Under the pieces are notes generated by a model. That model was not told the origin of the DNA and ran no database searches. It saw nothing but the letters and a program-made list of their open reading frames with translations. Below, piece after piece: positions 35,636 through 50,171 of a stretch of DNA of 64,000 bases. The first letter of the stretch is position 1. Each line of letters opens with the position of its first letter. The position numbers were made by a program, and so were the translations under genes. The DNA comes from Podarcis liolepis (Eukaryota). The DNA lies in the NCBI GenBank assembly GCA_965112155.1, contig OZ218103.1, one strand, 5' to 3'.

Positions 35636-37658
35636 TGAGTTACATTGTGGGTTGTAGGGTCCCACTTACATATTACTATCACTCCACTGTTCTTTGGGTT
35701 GTGGTGTAAAATTTACGACTTTTCCATATGCTCATGTTGTGCAGGCTTAATTTTGCTCCAGCTTCGCACAGTGTAAAATCTCTGTCCTTCAGTTCTATTC
35801 TTGCTGGAGATTTTTGGTATCAGTTCACTTTTTTATTTTCATTGTTTTGTTCTTTTCAGCTGCTTTTATGTTTGGATCACAGACACAGGTACTGAACCCT
35901 TCCTTTACAGGAGCATATATACTAAAAAGGATACTGACTACTGTTTTACATTATTTGTTGAAAGCCCCACCATACCAATGTTCCAATTTGCCACGTGTTT
36001 ATTTTCCTGTGTTGCAGTTGGAGCTGAAATTAACATGGCTTTGTGAAATGTGCATGGCTTTTTCAGCAAAACTGTGTAGAGAGAGTACTAACCAGTCAGT
36101 AGAACAGAACATTGGCCGGAAGCATGCACATGTGTTTAAATGCTTGCCATTTAGAGAGCTTGATGTAGGACAGGGGATGTGTATTTCCCCCTGGAATACA
36201 TACGTAGTGATTTGAGACTTGCAACCCATGTACCTCAATGTAGCTTCCCACCATCTTTATTGATCGCCTCTACAGGGATTGCCATATGCTCTTTAAATGC
36301 AGCCTTTAAAGTCCCTTGGCTCTGTTTTGACTATAACTTCCATCAAGTCCCATTTCTCTGTAAAATATAGTGCCATGCAGAATAAGTGGGACTAGTAAGA
36401 GCTCACATCCCTCATGCTGCAAGATGCCACCATGTTTTTTGGTAGGGTGGGGGCCTTGCTACAGAGGTCATGGAACTCAGAGAAATGTTAGATACTCTGT
36501 CTGAGGTTTAAAGGAGGAAAGTGTAAGGAGCCCTGCTCTATGAACACATATCCACCTTAACAGAATGGGCCTGACCTAGGCAGTATCCCTTTAAGTATGA
36601 ATTCTTCCCTTTTGCCTCCTATCCTTCATGCCAGCCATAAGGATGCGTTGAAACCCAATATTCCTCTACCTGCCACTGTGCTATTAGAGAAATGCTCATT
36701 TCTGATCATATGCTCCACCATAGCCTAGTTGCAGTGCTTTATCTTGATAGACGGTAATAATAATATGATTAATAATGTTTTAATAAAGAATTTTATATAT
36801 GGCAAAATGAGTTACTACCTTTGCTTGGATTTCTGCTGACAAGGCTCACTTGCACATGTCTTTTAATTGCACTCCAGTTGGTTGGGATAATGTTTAAGAA
36901 TATTTTTGTGTTTATTTTATAAATGCACAGCAAAAACAAAAAACAAACCCAAGGAAGTTAGGATTGGGTGAATGTCATGTTAAGTTTGGTTCTGGACATC
37001 AAATCACAGAATGGCCTTTGGAAAATTATCATTGATGAGCTTGTGTTCTGTATATGTAAAGTGGAAATAATGAACCCCATATATAGAGAGGACGAATGAG
37101 AAAAACTCCATAATATATATATGCTGTATTAGATGAGTGTGACATAACTAGTGGATCAAATCTGCTTCTCTGCACTCTGCTTAGGTAATTGGGCCTTGAA
37201 CTTGGGCAGTTCAACACCTCCCTTCCCTTCTCTTAACGTTATCTCAAGTCTTTCCTCATATGTAGAACTGGACTATACCAGCAGTTGTTACTACAGTGTT
37301 TAAGTTTGTTTAAATTATTAACTTAAATTATTAAATTATTAAGTTTGTTTAAATTATTAAATAAATCATTTTTGGAGCTCCTTGGCTTCTCACCTTTCCA
37401 GTATATGAATTAGTTACCCAAAATTGCTTTGGTATGTAGTATCCAAGATCAGATGTAATGATAATTAACAAAATGCTGTAAATCGTGGCACAGCTTGATA
37501 GCACGTTCTGCCTATTAAACTACCAGTTAAAGAAGGGTGTGAGTATTTTAAGACTTTTTCTAAAGCAGCATATCATTTTCTGCCTTGCCCTATTTACACC
37601 TTTGCCACAGGGCCTAACCAAGTTGGGAGGCAGTCTTGTTGGCTGTATGAATGTAGGT

Positions 37659-37773
37659 CAGGGTAGCCAACATAGTGCCCTCCAGCTGTTGGACTATAAT
37701 CCTTGACCATTGCCCATACTGTTGGGCTGGTGAAAGTTGAAGTCCCAACAACACCTGGAGGCTGGCCACCTCA
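37659..37773. mobile_element. Palindromic hAT MITE, same family
   Basis: CCCTCCAGCTGTTGGACTA...CAACACCTGGAGG; TSD ATGTAGGT. Confidence 0.7.
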
Positions 37774-37917
37774 ATGTAGGTAAGGCAGTAAAAGCTGTCA
37801 AGAGCACAGCCATAAGAACAAAGAAGACTCAGTAGGACTTCTGTATCCATTCCTGCAGTGGACTTTTTGTCTACTAAATAATCTCATGCACAAGCTGATA
37901 GGATGGGTGGAAGACAG

Positions 37918-37919
<2 letters not shown>

Positions 37920-37948
<29 letters not shown>
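37920..37948. repeat. (CT)n microsatellite
   Basis: Direct reading. Confidence 0.95.
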
Positions 37949-37952
<4 letters not shown>

Positions 37953-39566
37953 GTGTGTGTATCTAATTCTATCCTGCTAAATGCAGAACTTCAGTCACAG
38001 AAAGGGAGAGTTTAACCTATTCTTAAAGAATTCCTGATGCACTATGTGGACACAGCAGCGTGTATGTTGTTTAAGTAGGTTCCTCATTTAAGCTAGCCAG
38101 TCTTAATGTGTCTGATTAGTTTGTTGTGCCGTTAAGCTAAACATAAAATAAGACCATATTACCCTTTAGGGGAAATTTAACTAGAAACTAGCAACACCTT
38201 GCACTATGGTGTTATGGCTTGTAAATGTTTGCTGCTGGTTAGCTTTCCCACAGGAAACCACTTTGTAAGTGCATCGACCATTCTGCAACAGGAGGTTGTG
38301 TAATCAGCCGTTGTTGTTCAGCAGCCGCCAAACAAAATGCTGTTCCCAAGCAGCAGAAGATGATAAACATCGTATGCTAGCATAACATTCAGGTTCTGTG
38401 TTGAGCAAGCTTACCCACCTGTGTGATATGTCAAGAGAGATGTCCTTATGTTTTTCTGTGGCATTTCCTCCTTTCTATGCCACCTTTCTCTCCAAAAGGA
38501 AATCATTGTGCTGAATATGGGGTAAATTGTTATAGTCTACTGTTGGAGAATATGAATTCACATTGCAAAAGTGAGATTTTGCTAAAAAAAAATTTGGTTC
38601 TTTCTCCAGCTGTTAGAGGCAGGATAGTTTTATACTTCAAGGTAAATATTGCCTTCCCCTTACAGAAGTAGGCAGGTCCCTCTTCCCAGTCCACTTACCT
38701 TGAATACTTGATAAAATGCACATTGCTGCTATCATAATCCTGTTATTTCATGTGACTTAGATTTCCTGGATCAAATGCCCATTCAGTCTCTACCAAGAGA
38801 TGCTAATCTTGTTCTTACAGCAGTCCAATGAAGTACTATGCTCAATAGACTTCACTGGAAATTATCTGGATTTACGCATATTGTTCAAAGTGTATAAACA
38901 AATAATGTTTTCCCTGGACTGTTAACTACTTAAATATTTCTCAAGATTACTAAATTATACCATATGTTAGCAGTTTATCAGCCTCTGAAATAACATGTTT
39001 CTGCTAAAGCAGATTGATAACACTGCTGAATCCTACCCCATGTCAAAATCATTTTCTCTTATTTCCCAACTTGACTCCCACTCATTAACCTGAAGTGGTA
39101 AGGAAACCATGATATGTGGTGACTACTGCTGACAATTTCACATGATCAAATTATTAGGAGATCCATAATTATCATAACTGAACATACTCTTATCTTCTTG
39201 GGCTTTGACTTTGAGAGCATGAGTTTGCCAGTAGAGGTAAATCTAAGCGGAGGAGGAAGATAGTGTATTGTGGGAGCTCTGCATTCATGCAAGCAGGCTT
39301 GTTGTAGAAGTACTTGGCCTAGTATTCTCAATGACTCATCTGGCTTTTAGTGATTATTAGAAACCCCCTTATCATAGTTTTTGCTAGGATCAGCATGTTT
39401 CAATTCTTCAGTAAAACAGTGTTAGAGCAGCATAGGTTATGCTAGTGGCAAAGGCTCATTCAGCTTTGTAACAACCCTATGGTGTGCTTTTGACAACACT
39501 ATACACTGCACTGTAATTTATGGCATAATGTAGCATAATAATAAAAGCAATTTCTCTTTCTGCCAG

Positions 39567-39696
39567 GATGTTTGACGTTGGTGGCCAGCGTTCAGAACGT
39601 AAGAAATGGATCCACTGCTTTGAAGGCGTAACAGCAATTATATTCTGCGTAGCTCTCAGTGATTATGACCTTGTTCTTGCTGAGGACGAAGAAATG
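39567..39696 (+). CDS. GNAI3: GNAI3 exon 6 (130 nt, DVGGQ switch II)
   Basis: [43 protein letters not shown]. Confidence 0.97.
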
Positions 39697-40130
39697 GTAG
39701 GTTGCCATAGAGTTAAATGTTGGTTACATGCTGCATTACGTAAACTGTGGTGGAAATTGACTTTAAGCTTTATGTAGTTTGTTTAGGACAACTTAATTTA
39801 AATGGCTTGTGTTTTGAAAATTACTAAGGCATAGAAGCAAACATTTCTTGTATGTCTCCTCAAATTTCCTGCAGTGAGCGCTGGCAGCAGCACTAATTGG
39901 CAGGCTGTGTTCAATAAAATCTTCTTTGCTCCCACCCCCCACCACTGAATCTGAAAACTACAGTAGTTCTTAGCTGTGAAGGAAATAAAGCATCTGGGTG
40001 AATTTTTGTGAAACTTTATGTAATTGTGATAACTGAAGAGTCTTTTGTGACCCATTTTTGCCAAAGTTTAGGAATTCTGATACTTGCCCAAATGATTACT
40101 AGTACTTTCCTATCTGAGAATCAGCTTTGA

Positions 40131-40397
<267 letters not shown>

Positions 40398-41480
40398 TAA
40401 TGGGGAAAATAGGATGAAAACAGCTTGTTGCTTTTGGTTTAATGTGTATTTGTGACCTCAGTATATGTACATAATATTTTTCTTTGTCCCATCATCTATC
40501 CAACCTTTTAAAAAATATAGAACCCTGTCTGATAATGTTCCTGCTAGATGAAAACAGATATGTTAGCATTAGCTTGGCTCTGTTTACTTATTGTCATGCT
40601 GGCTTGAATACTTAATGTTCTCTCTTAAAGCCCAAGGTTGAATTTTCTGATGGAAGGAGAGACCTAGACATTTCCCCCCAAATTGAGTCCTTTCACTATG
40701 TGTGATATGAAAGTGGTGGTTTCTCTCAGCATTAAAATTAGATTTTTATAATCCTAGTTCTGAAACTGATGCCCTATCACCAGCAATTTATTATGGCCTT
40801 CATTGTGAGTTATGTTGCCCAAACTTTCAAAATTTGTAGCGCAGTGTAGTCTCCCCTCACTGCTTTGTTGTGTCCTATTTCCACAGAATTTCTTCCTATG
40901 AATAAGCAAGTCATGATAGTCCCAACAGCTGCAAATTACTGCTTCATGACTGTTTGCTGTTTTCCTCATAGAGGAGTCCTAAAATTGTATCTTGGCTTTG
41001 TAGCCAACTATTATGCTTCTGTTACCACATGGCTCTGCCTCTAGCTGTAATGATGAAGTCTAGACCAATCAGAAATGATCAGACTGTGTGAGATATATGG
41101 ATAGGCCTTTTAGTCAAACACTCTTAAAAGATGAATCATGCTTCTTACAGAGAATAAATAAGCAGTCAAAACCCAAGCCACAGCTTTAGGTGCAAAGTAC
41201 TGTCATTCATGACACCTGTTTATGTTCTCTTTCAATTGAAACTGGTAATTCTTAAGCCTCTTGGGTTTTATAAAGTATTAGAACTTTTTAATTTAAAAAA
41301 ATCATTACTTTAAAAACAAAAAGAGGGGGGAGCTAATAGCTAGTTTAAAAACGAGTGTAAAATAATTTATTACAAAAACCAAGAAAGAAATAGGTTTTCA
41401 AGAACAATGAGAGTACTGTGGCACCCAAGTACCACATTTTTTAAAAGCGTTTTCATAAACACAGTTTTAAAACATGGATA

Positions 41481-41670
41481 GAAGGGTCTCATACCTCAGT
41501 TGCAGAGTGTATATTTTGCATGCATGAGGTCTGAGGACCAGTCCCTGGCATTTGTAGCTAAAGAGATACCTGATAGCCAAACTTAGCTGAAGGAAAGCTG
41601 TTACCAGACAAAGGAAATGGTATTGGATTAGATAAATTAGATAGTCTGCTCACTATAAGCAGCTTCATAT
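41481..41670 (+). mobile_element. Degenerate Squam3-like SINE
   Basis: tRNA-like head and CTATAAGCAGCTTCATAT tail similar to the other copies. Confidence 0.55.
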
Positions 41671-41973
41671 ATTCATACATTGGAGGCTGCAATCTTGTAC
41701 TCAATCTGTTTCAATTTAGTACTTCGCTAATGGCACCCAGTGACTGCAGCCCTATTTGCACTAAAAAAGCAAAGAAGTAAATGGTAAAGATTTCTGATCA
41801 CAAAAGTTTTGCATATGCCCTGTTTGGGGAAATGGAGCTGTGATTGTGTTTCTTTAAAATTAACTACTTATTTTGTGATTGCTTCATCTAAGAGGTGTAG
41901 ACACAGTTCCCTAGGTCTAGATGCATTTATTTAGCCTAAAATGATGGCAAAGTATGATGACTGGAAACAGTTA

Positions 41974-42379
41974 CCGTATTTTTCGCTCCATTGGACACAG
42001 TTTTTCCCCTCCAAAAATTGAGGGGAAATGTGTGTGCGTCCTATGGAGCGAATGCAGGCTTGTGCCATAGCCCCGCGCAACCCCTCCCGCAAGGAGAGGC
42101 TGCACAGGGCTATGGCTTCTTTAGCTCCACGCAGCCTCTCCCGGCAGGGAGGGATTGCGTGGGGCTAAAGAGGAAGCCAAAGCAGCCAGCGCGATCCATC
42201 CCGCTCACTGCCTTGGCTTGTGCCATAGCCACGCACAACCCCTCCGGCAGGGAGAGGTTGTGCGCAGCCTGTACGCTGCTCTTTGGGGCTGGGGGGGGAA
42301 GATTTTTATTGCTGATTTCCCCGTCTAAAAACTTGGTGCGCCCTATGGTCCGGTGCGCCCTGTGGTGCGAAAAATATGG
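41974..42379. mobile_element. Tc1/mariner-type non-autonomous element in GNAI3 intron 7
   Basis: TA|CCGTATTTTTCGC...GCGAAAAATATGG|TA; CpG-rich internal repeats. Confidence 0.85.
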
Positions 42380-42404
42380 TACTTTTCTTTTCAAAGACTT
42401 GTAA

Positions 42405-42656
<252 letters not shown>

Positions 42657-42785
42657 AAAGAGAGCGTAACAGTGAAATGTAAGTTTATGAACTTTGTAGT
42701 CTTTTCTGAGCTTTAGCATTGCATAAACAGCTGCCTGGCTATAACATGAACTTCACCTAATGAAATAAAATTATTTCTATTTCAG

Positions 42786-44060
42786 GATGTTGCGTTTTAA
42801 GAACTGGACTGTTTATTTGCTGCCTTGTGGGACAGCTGCAAGCATGAACAGGACCGGGGAATGAAAACAGCATGCAAAAATCCTTGCATTCTTTAGCACA
42901 ATCTTCTGTACTAGGGACCTTTTTATTGATATGGGATGCGGAAGTTAAAATTCCAAAAATGGAACTACTGTTAAGTGTGATTTTTTTTAAATCATCCAGG
43001 CATCATATGGATTGCATAGTCTCAAATGTGTACAGCTGTTACGAAGTTGAGATCCCAGACCTTCAATATGTAGCTTTCTTTCTTTAATAAGCCACCGCTG
43101 CTCTGTTTTTAAGGTTTTTCCATCAAAACTATATATTTACTAAATTTTATTTCCTTATTTGCAAACAGACTTGTTTTAAAAACAAACAAAAAACACTTAA
43201 CTATGCACATGATTGTGACCAGATCACGCAGAAAGTATTCCTCTTAGCAGGAACCTTTTGTTTTTAAAACTTGGTATGGTCAGAACTTGATATACAGTAA
43301 CTGCAACTACTTAAAAGGGCCTTAGGATTCTTATGGCTAAAGCAATGGCTTCTTCTAATGTATAATGCTATGAGTCTGCTACAAACACTGTAAGGTGCTC
43401 CCACCCCCGAAAGAGAGATTTCCTGTAGCAGGGTAACAAGTCTTGTCAGACTTAATGGCTGGGGGGCGGGGGATAGCCTGGTTTATGCTGATTACCAAAT
43501 CACTGAGTGTGCTACTAATGTAGCAGATGGAAATCTTCTTACATGAAATGCCTGAATTGGCTTCTAGGTAGAAAGGTGAGTTGTAAAATTACAAACTGCA
43601 GGGGGTGGGGAGAGAGTGCTGCTACAAAGCTACTTAATCAACCACTTAATTGTTTGTGTGTGTGTTTGGTCTTAAACCAGTGGGGAGTTTTGTAGACAGT
43701 GCAATTTGTTCTGCATTTACCAGGGCCTTTTCTCATAGGAGATTTCCAAAATGTATCAACCGCATGCTTTTACTTTGTAAATGTGGTGCCAAGTTCCTGT
43801 TTGCCATTGTTTTTACTGTAGTGATGTTATTAACCCGAGTCAGTACATTTATTTGCTGAAACCATTACATTGAGATTCTTTTCCAATTTGTCATGTACAG
43901 TTTCAACCTGATGTAGTTATTGGCAATATTAAAATGGTGAGTTAAAAATCTTAATGTTCCTCACTTTATTGGAGCCATTTCTAGAAATGATCTAGGGATC
44001 ATTGTCAGTCTCTCTTAATAGCATTTCCAGGTTCTGCAAATAAAGATTTTAGTTAGCTGG
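42786..44060 (+). other. GNAI3: GNAI3 terminal 3'UTR exon (after a 107-nt intron at 42679-42785); 3' end approximate
   Basis: Donor GTAAGT 22 nt after the stop; acceptor ttatttctatttcAG; AATAAA at 44039-44044. Confidence 0.7.
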
Positions 44061-44637
44061 ATTAGCTTTTTCGTAGTTCTGAACCTTCATATAAATAACT
44101 GAAACTTTCCTGTCTTGTTTCTTGAAGAATATGGTGTCAGGTATTTTCTGTGTGTTGAGGCAAGTTATTTCTACCATTAAGTCATATCAACAAGTTACAG
44201 CAATAATTTTCTAAAGCATTTCTTTGACTGTTTGTTACCAAGAATGATGATTCTTAACAGGAAAGAGTGGTAAAATTCTCACTACATGGTAGAATATTGC
44301 AGATCACTAGCTTAATATGTTTCTCTGTGCACACACTATCATAAAATACTCTTGGTGAATTAATGTTTAGCTTGCATCAACTCTATTCACTTTTCACAAA
44401 AGGGAAACAGAGTCGATGTCACTTGCCCAAGGCCATTCTGTGAGGGCCGATTTCATACATGCATATTTCACCTGCAGGGATGAATTGCAAACTAAATGCG
44501 TAAAACACTTCAACTGGAAAGAACTGCTTGACATTGAATGTACCTCCTGACTTGAGGTTTGCTGTTTGCTAAATGTGCATGTGCAAGACGTCCTTTGGTC
44601 TTTCACTCACTGGCCATGTCTGGATGTAATGCTAAGC

Positions 44638-44953
44638 CAGGGGTCGGCAACCTAAGGCCCATGGGCCACAAACGGCCCATGGGGGTTGTTTAACCGACCC
44701 ATGGACCCCCGCTGCCCGCTCGGTCGGCTCCCATGCGCCGCGCTAAACCGGCGTGGAGCAGAGCAAGGACCGCCTTCTTTAACCAATGCGAAGCTGAAGC
44801 TCCTGCAGCCAATGGGAAGCTGCGCACGCCTCCTCCACACCAGAAGGAGCACCGGAAATAGTGTTTGTGCATGCATGTGCATGCACTCTGACCCACCGTG
44901 GCGTCTGTGGGACCGTGAACTGGCCCAAGCCACAAAAACTTTGCCGACCCCTG
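44638..44953. mobile_element. hAT non-autonomous element between GNAI3 and GNAT2
   Basis: Perfect TIRs CAGGGGTCGGCAA/TTGCCGACCCCTG; 8-bp TSD TGCTAAGC. Confidence 0.9.
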
Positions 44954-46310
44954 TGCTAAGCCACTAACTATGGTTAAACAAATCATCCTGCGGATGCATT
45001 GTGTGCTATTCTACACACTTCACTTCTCCCAGGTTTAGGCACTAGCTACTTTGCGATTTGTTTCCCCTCTTGGCAAGGAGACAAATGAAGTGTGAACACT
45101 TTGCATTATTTCTGAAGGTGGCCATTGGGTATGTGAGTCTCTGTCTCAGGTGAAATTTGAATGTCTTCCAGGCACAATATTAAACCATCTAAACATATGA
45201 TCCTTATAATATTTGGCCTGGTAGAATGTTTGAAAAAGTATTGGGTGGCTTTTGAAAACAAAACCTGTAGAGGAATTTGTTACTTTTCAAAATAGGTAAC
45301 ACTGTATCCACATTTTTAATGCACGTTTCTTTATTTTCGAATGTTCTACATTCAGTTGTAGCTGCCTAAACCATTCTCTGGAGTAAATATTGATAACAAA
45401 GAGAATCCTATCTACAGTAACATACGACTTATTTACAAATGATCAAGAACGATAGTGCTAAATAGCAGAGTGAAAATCCTGACGTCACCATTTCCAGTTT
45501 GTATATTTTCTTTCTATTTCCTATGTTGTGGAGAAGTTTTCTGACTCTGTGATGTCAATAGGTTGCTTGTACACATTGCTGTGACCTCTTTCCATCGGGG
45601 ACCAGAGAGACAGCAAGAGCAATTGTCTCACAGCAAGCGGTAAAGCGATGGGTTGGGATCAGTACTGCTGTACTCAGTGGGGTGAGTTGGTATAGAGAAA
45701 GAAAATCAGTCTTAAGTTCACCAGGCCTTCTAATATGGGGAAAGCTGGATACTAGAAAGAAAATGAATTATTTACTTAAGGCTGTAGGGACAAATTGCAC
45801 CAGTTCCAAAGAACTGAAACTGATCTACTTGGAAGGTTTGAAAAATGTTACTTAACTTTCTTGGTTAATTTGCACACTGATAATTAGATTTCATGTGTAA
45901 TCTAGAAATTGTTGGACTTGCACATTCAACCCTTTAGGATTTTCATTGAGAATCACCGTTCAGACCATTTGTAGATACAGAGGTTCTGCTGAAGAATCCA
46001 CAAAAGCACTGATTGTGTCGTTCCCACAGAAGGTTGATGCTTTTTAAAGATCTCAGTTGTATGCACACACAAACGTCGAGTGTATCGCATGATTCATTGT
46101 TTGCAGACAAGATTGTGTTGGCTCTCTTTCAAGTTGTCGTTTACAGATTGCCGAGAATTTCAGAAAGGAGGAAAACTACCAAAGAAAATGGCTTAGAGAT
46201 GGGAGGCTCTTAGCTTTTGTTCCTTCATGCCCTTTTGGTGGCATGTTCTTGGAAGTATACAGTTTGTGCCATGGGTAGGTTATAGAAAAATGTGGACTCT
46301 TTGAGTGGCT

Positions 46311-46519
46311 TTTATTTACTCCGTTGGCTCTGCTCAAGCAGAACAGTGAAGCTAACTGCAAGTCCTTTTTCCTAATTGACGAAGAAGGTGAGAGATCATT
46401 TAGAGAAATTAGATACAATGTAACATGACATTTAGATCCTGCAACACCACAAAAGACTTCTACACAAATACATAAACACATGAGACAAATTATAATGTCA
46501 GGTTGCTAATGATTTTATT
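46311..46519 (-). terminator. Candidate poly(A) signals of GNAT2
   Basis: AATAAA on the minus strand at 46514-46519 and 46311-46316. Confidence 0.35.
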
Positions 46520-46970
46520 TCTCATTTAGGCTGATGTACATTATAAATACTCGGATGTAGTTGCTACACTTTGTAGTGGGGGGGCAGTCTGATTCATTTG
46601 CATGGGAATTGCCTCAGAATTTATGGTTAGCTCTCCCTATTCAGAAACATTCTCCAAATTCTTGAAATGAACAGTAAATTCTTATTAAAAATGAATTAAC
46701 ATCAATGTCAAAACTTGCTGCACTTTTGGGGAAGCTAAGGATAACTGCTAAAATAAGTGGTTTTTGTTTTTTGTTGAAGGAACATTGGTGAGCTTGGGCT
46801 GCTGGAGTAAACTCAAATGCAAGGTTAAGTGTGGTTTTAAATTTACAGGAGCAGCTCTGTGAATCAAGTGAGTGCTAAAGATACCCATTCACCAGTCTCT
46901 TCCATAGGAGGACTACTATTGTTGATTATGTTCCTTAGAATGGAAATTACCTTCTTAAAAAGCTGAAGTC

Positions 46971-47237
<267 letters not shown>

Positions 47238-47375
47238 TCAGAGAAGGGCTTTTGATCTAATGCAGTCTCCTGCCAGAGGAGGGGATGCTTGTTGATTCCT
47301 CCTTTCCTATAGCAGAGGAGGAAGTGGGTCAGAGATGGCACATGATGTGTCACCCATGTTTAGTGTGTGTTTCTA

Positions 47376-47600
<225 letters not shown>

Positions 47601-49178
47601 CTAGAGGGGAAGACCACACAGTTCAAGCAAGCTCAAAGACTTTGTGTAAAACATCTGTTCATTCTATCCGTGGAGTATGCTTCTAGGCACAATACTTGAC
47701 CATTACCCCCAAATGCTTCTCAATTACTTCCAAAACATTCCCCTTATAGCCCCCTGTGTGCCCTGAGGATGAGCACGGAGTTACAGGGGAAGGAGAAGTC
47801 CTGTGGTCTGATCAGATAATCCATTCCATTCCTGCAGCTTGGGATGCAACTCTAAATGTAAAAGTTGCGTAGAACAATGTTGAAAGACAGAATTTTAAAA
47901 CGTCCATTTATTGTGAAGTCAAATGGGAGGTGACCAAGCAAAAGTAGCAACGTTTGTACATGTGTCATGGCATTTTCTGCACAGGTTTGTTCTTGTTCTT
48001 AAACTGAAATTGGAGCAAGTCTATACTGGAGCTGTTTGGCTCAGTGGTTGATGCATCTATGTACTTGACTCTCTTGGTTAATCTAATTGTAATAGATGGA
48101 TTTTTCCTAAATGCCCTCGGGCTTTGGGGTTTAAAAACACACCCACATTATAAAGTACTGCTGTTGCTGTGGCATTAATCTACTGTCTTACCAGTATTGG
48201 CCTACTCTTCTTAGCCAAAGTTCTAACTCCTGTGTTGTTTTTTTCTCTCAGCGATATAAATAAGTTAGAAAGCACTGCATCTATAAGGTTTTGATCCTTT
48301 TAATTACAGAGTATGGAACAGGCTGCAAAACAAGCTTGGATTCCCTCCTTTCAGTGGACAGTTGCTGCAGACATGCTGCTTTTTTCCTTTTGTGCTTGGC
48401 GACTAAATTTGCTTATGGTGGGGTAAATCATCTATCGCTTCCTTCTCTTATTTTAGTTAGTATTGATGGAAAGACTATGATCAACTGGGGTCAGGGGGGA
48501 GGGCTGTATAGCTGATGCACTTTTTTTGGCACAACTTCTATGTCTTCCTTTTGGTAAGATTTCCAGCTTCCCAGTTCTACTGGTGAAAGTAACAGAATTT
48601 CCTTTTCCCTTAGAAGGATTCAGAGAAATACAGTTCAACAGCATTTGACCTATAGGTCTTGCAGCAATAGGGAAGTGTTTGTGATGTATACTTCTTTCAG
48701 AATCGTTGGGGTTTTCAGGAGGAATTCTTAGTAAAACTAGGGGTAAAATTCTTACCCTTCCTGTGCCTTGAAAAGCCTGCCCTGCCTTTGATGTCACCAT
48801 TGATGTAAATTGGAGGCTTTTACCAATCCTTAAAGTGCACAGGAAGGATTGGAATCAACTGGTTCTAGGATGTATGCTCACAGAGCCGTATTTATTTTCA
48901 GGCAGGGGTTAAGCCAATGCTTCCTGGATTTGCATCAGAGCAGCACAATTTGGAAACAAACTACGTACTAGTTCCCCCAAGGCCCTAATTTTCCTCCCTG
49001 CTCTACTCAAAAACAACTTTTGGCAGGCTCTTTATGTAAGTAAGGGTAAGATCCTGGCGTTATTTTTTATTCTGTGGGACAGGGGAGCTGTTGTGGTGGT
49101 TGTTGGATTTCAAAGCGGATGCAGGCATGTTTGTGGAGCGATAATTAATTTCATAAGAGTTTGAGCGAGAAAACATAC

Positions 49179-49308
49179 CACTTCATCATCTTCTACCAGC
49201 ACCATGTCATAAGCACTGAGAGCTCCACAGAAGATGATACAGGTCACCCCTTCGAAGCAGTGGATCCACTTTTTGCGCTCAGACCGCTGCCCACCTACAT
49301 CAAACATC
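49179..49308 (-). CDS. GNAT2: GNAT2 exon 6 (130 nt)
   Basis: [43 protein letters not shown]; donor GTATGT. Confidence 0.96.
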
Positions 49309-50042
49309 CTGCAGAAAGAAGAGTCATGATTATGATATTTATTTTCAAAGGTAACCATTTGAAACAGCATGCTAGAAGGGAGGAGCCATTCCTCAGCATT
49401 GTAGCTTTAAATGAACATATGATTGGAACTCACAAGAGGTGAATATTTTACCGTTCATCAGGCCGGAGGCATAATGCAACAGTTCAGACAAAAACATGAA
49501 GATAATACCAGAAATGTAAAAATGTGTATCCCTTTTGATCTTCAGGGAAATAGATAACAAGCAACCATTGAAACAGTAAATGTCCAAAGAGAAATCAAAA
49601 GGCTAAAAGTAGCAAAACGGAATATGTAGAATAGCTCCACCAACAAAAATCAAGCTGAGGTCAATTAAAAGGGGAAATAACTCCTATGGTTGATGCAGAG
49701 AGACCGTAAATATAAAAATTATAGAAGCCACAGACCATTTTTGAGAACTGAGGGCACTCAGTGATGGGGCCACGCAGGCTTCCTTGGGAAGGGCATCCCG
49801 TAAGAGTAAGGGGACACAACTAAGAAGGCCCTGCTACACTTCTGTGCTGTAGTGGCGCAGTGAGTAGGACTTCACACATGAGAATAAAGCACAGTGTACT
49901 CTGTACACAGGCATATACAGGAGGAGACAATCTTTAAGATAAACAGAGTTTATCCATGTTGCTATTTGGCAGATGGAACATGGAATGTGCTGTGACTGAA
50001 TAAAGAACAAGGAGGGCTACATAGAAGGGTTTTCTTTCTCAC

Positions 50043-50171
50043 CTGAAGTTGAGGTCTTTGACACCAAACTTTGTCTCTATGATACCTGTGGTCTTAACTC
50101 GTGATCGCAATACATCCTGTTCGTTGGGGAGGTAGCCGGGAGCACATATCCTATCCAGTTGGTTCAGGTAG
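50043..50171 (-). CDS. GNAT2: GNAT2 exon 5 (129 nt)
   Basis: Manual translation [43 protein letters not shown]; ctgcAG / GTGAGA. Confidence 0.96.

Noticed and set aside
41991-42404. 137-aa ORF as a transposase
   Set aside because: Inside a 400-bp non-autonomous element; no DDE/HTH motifs
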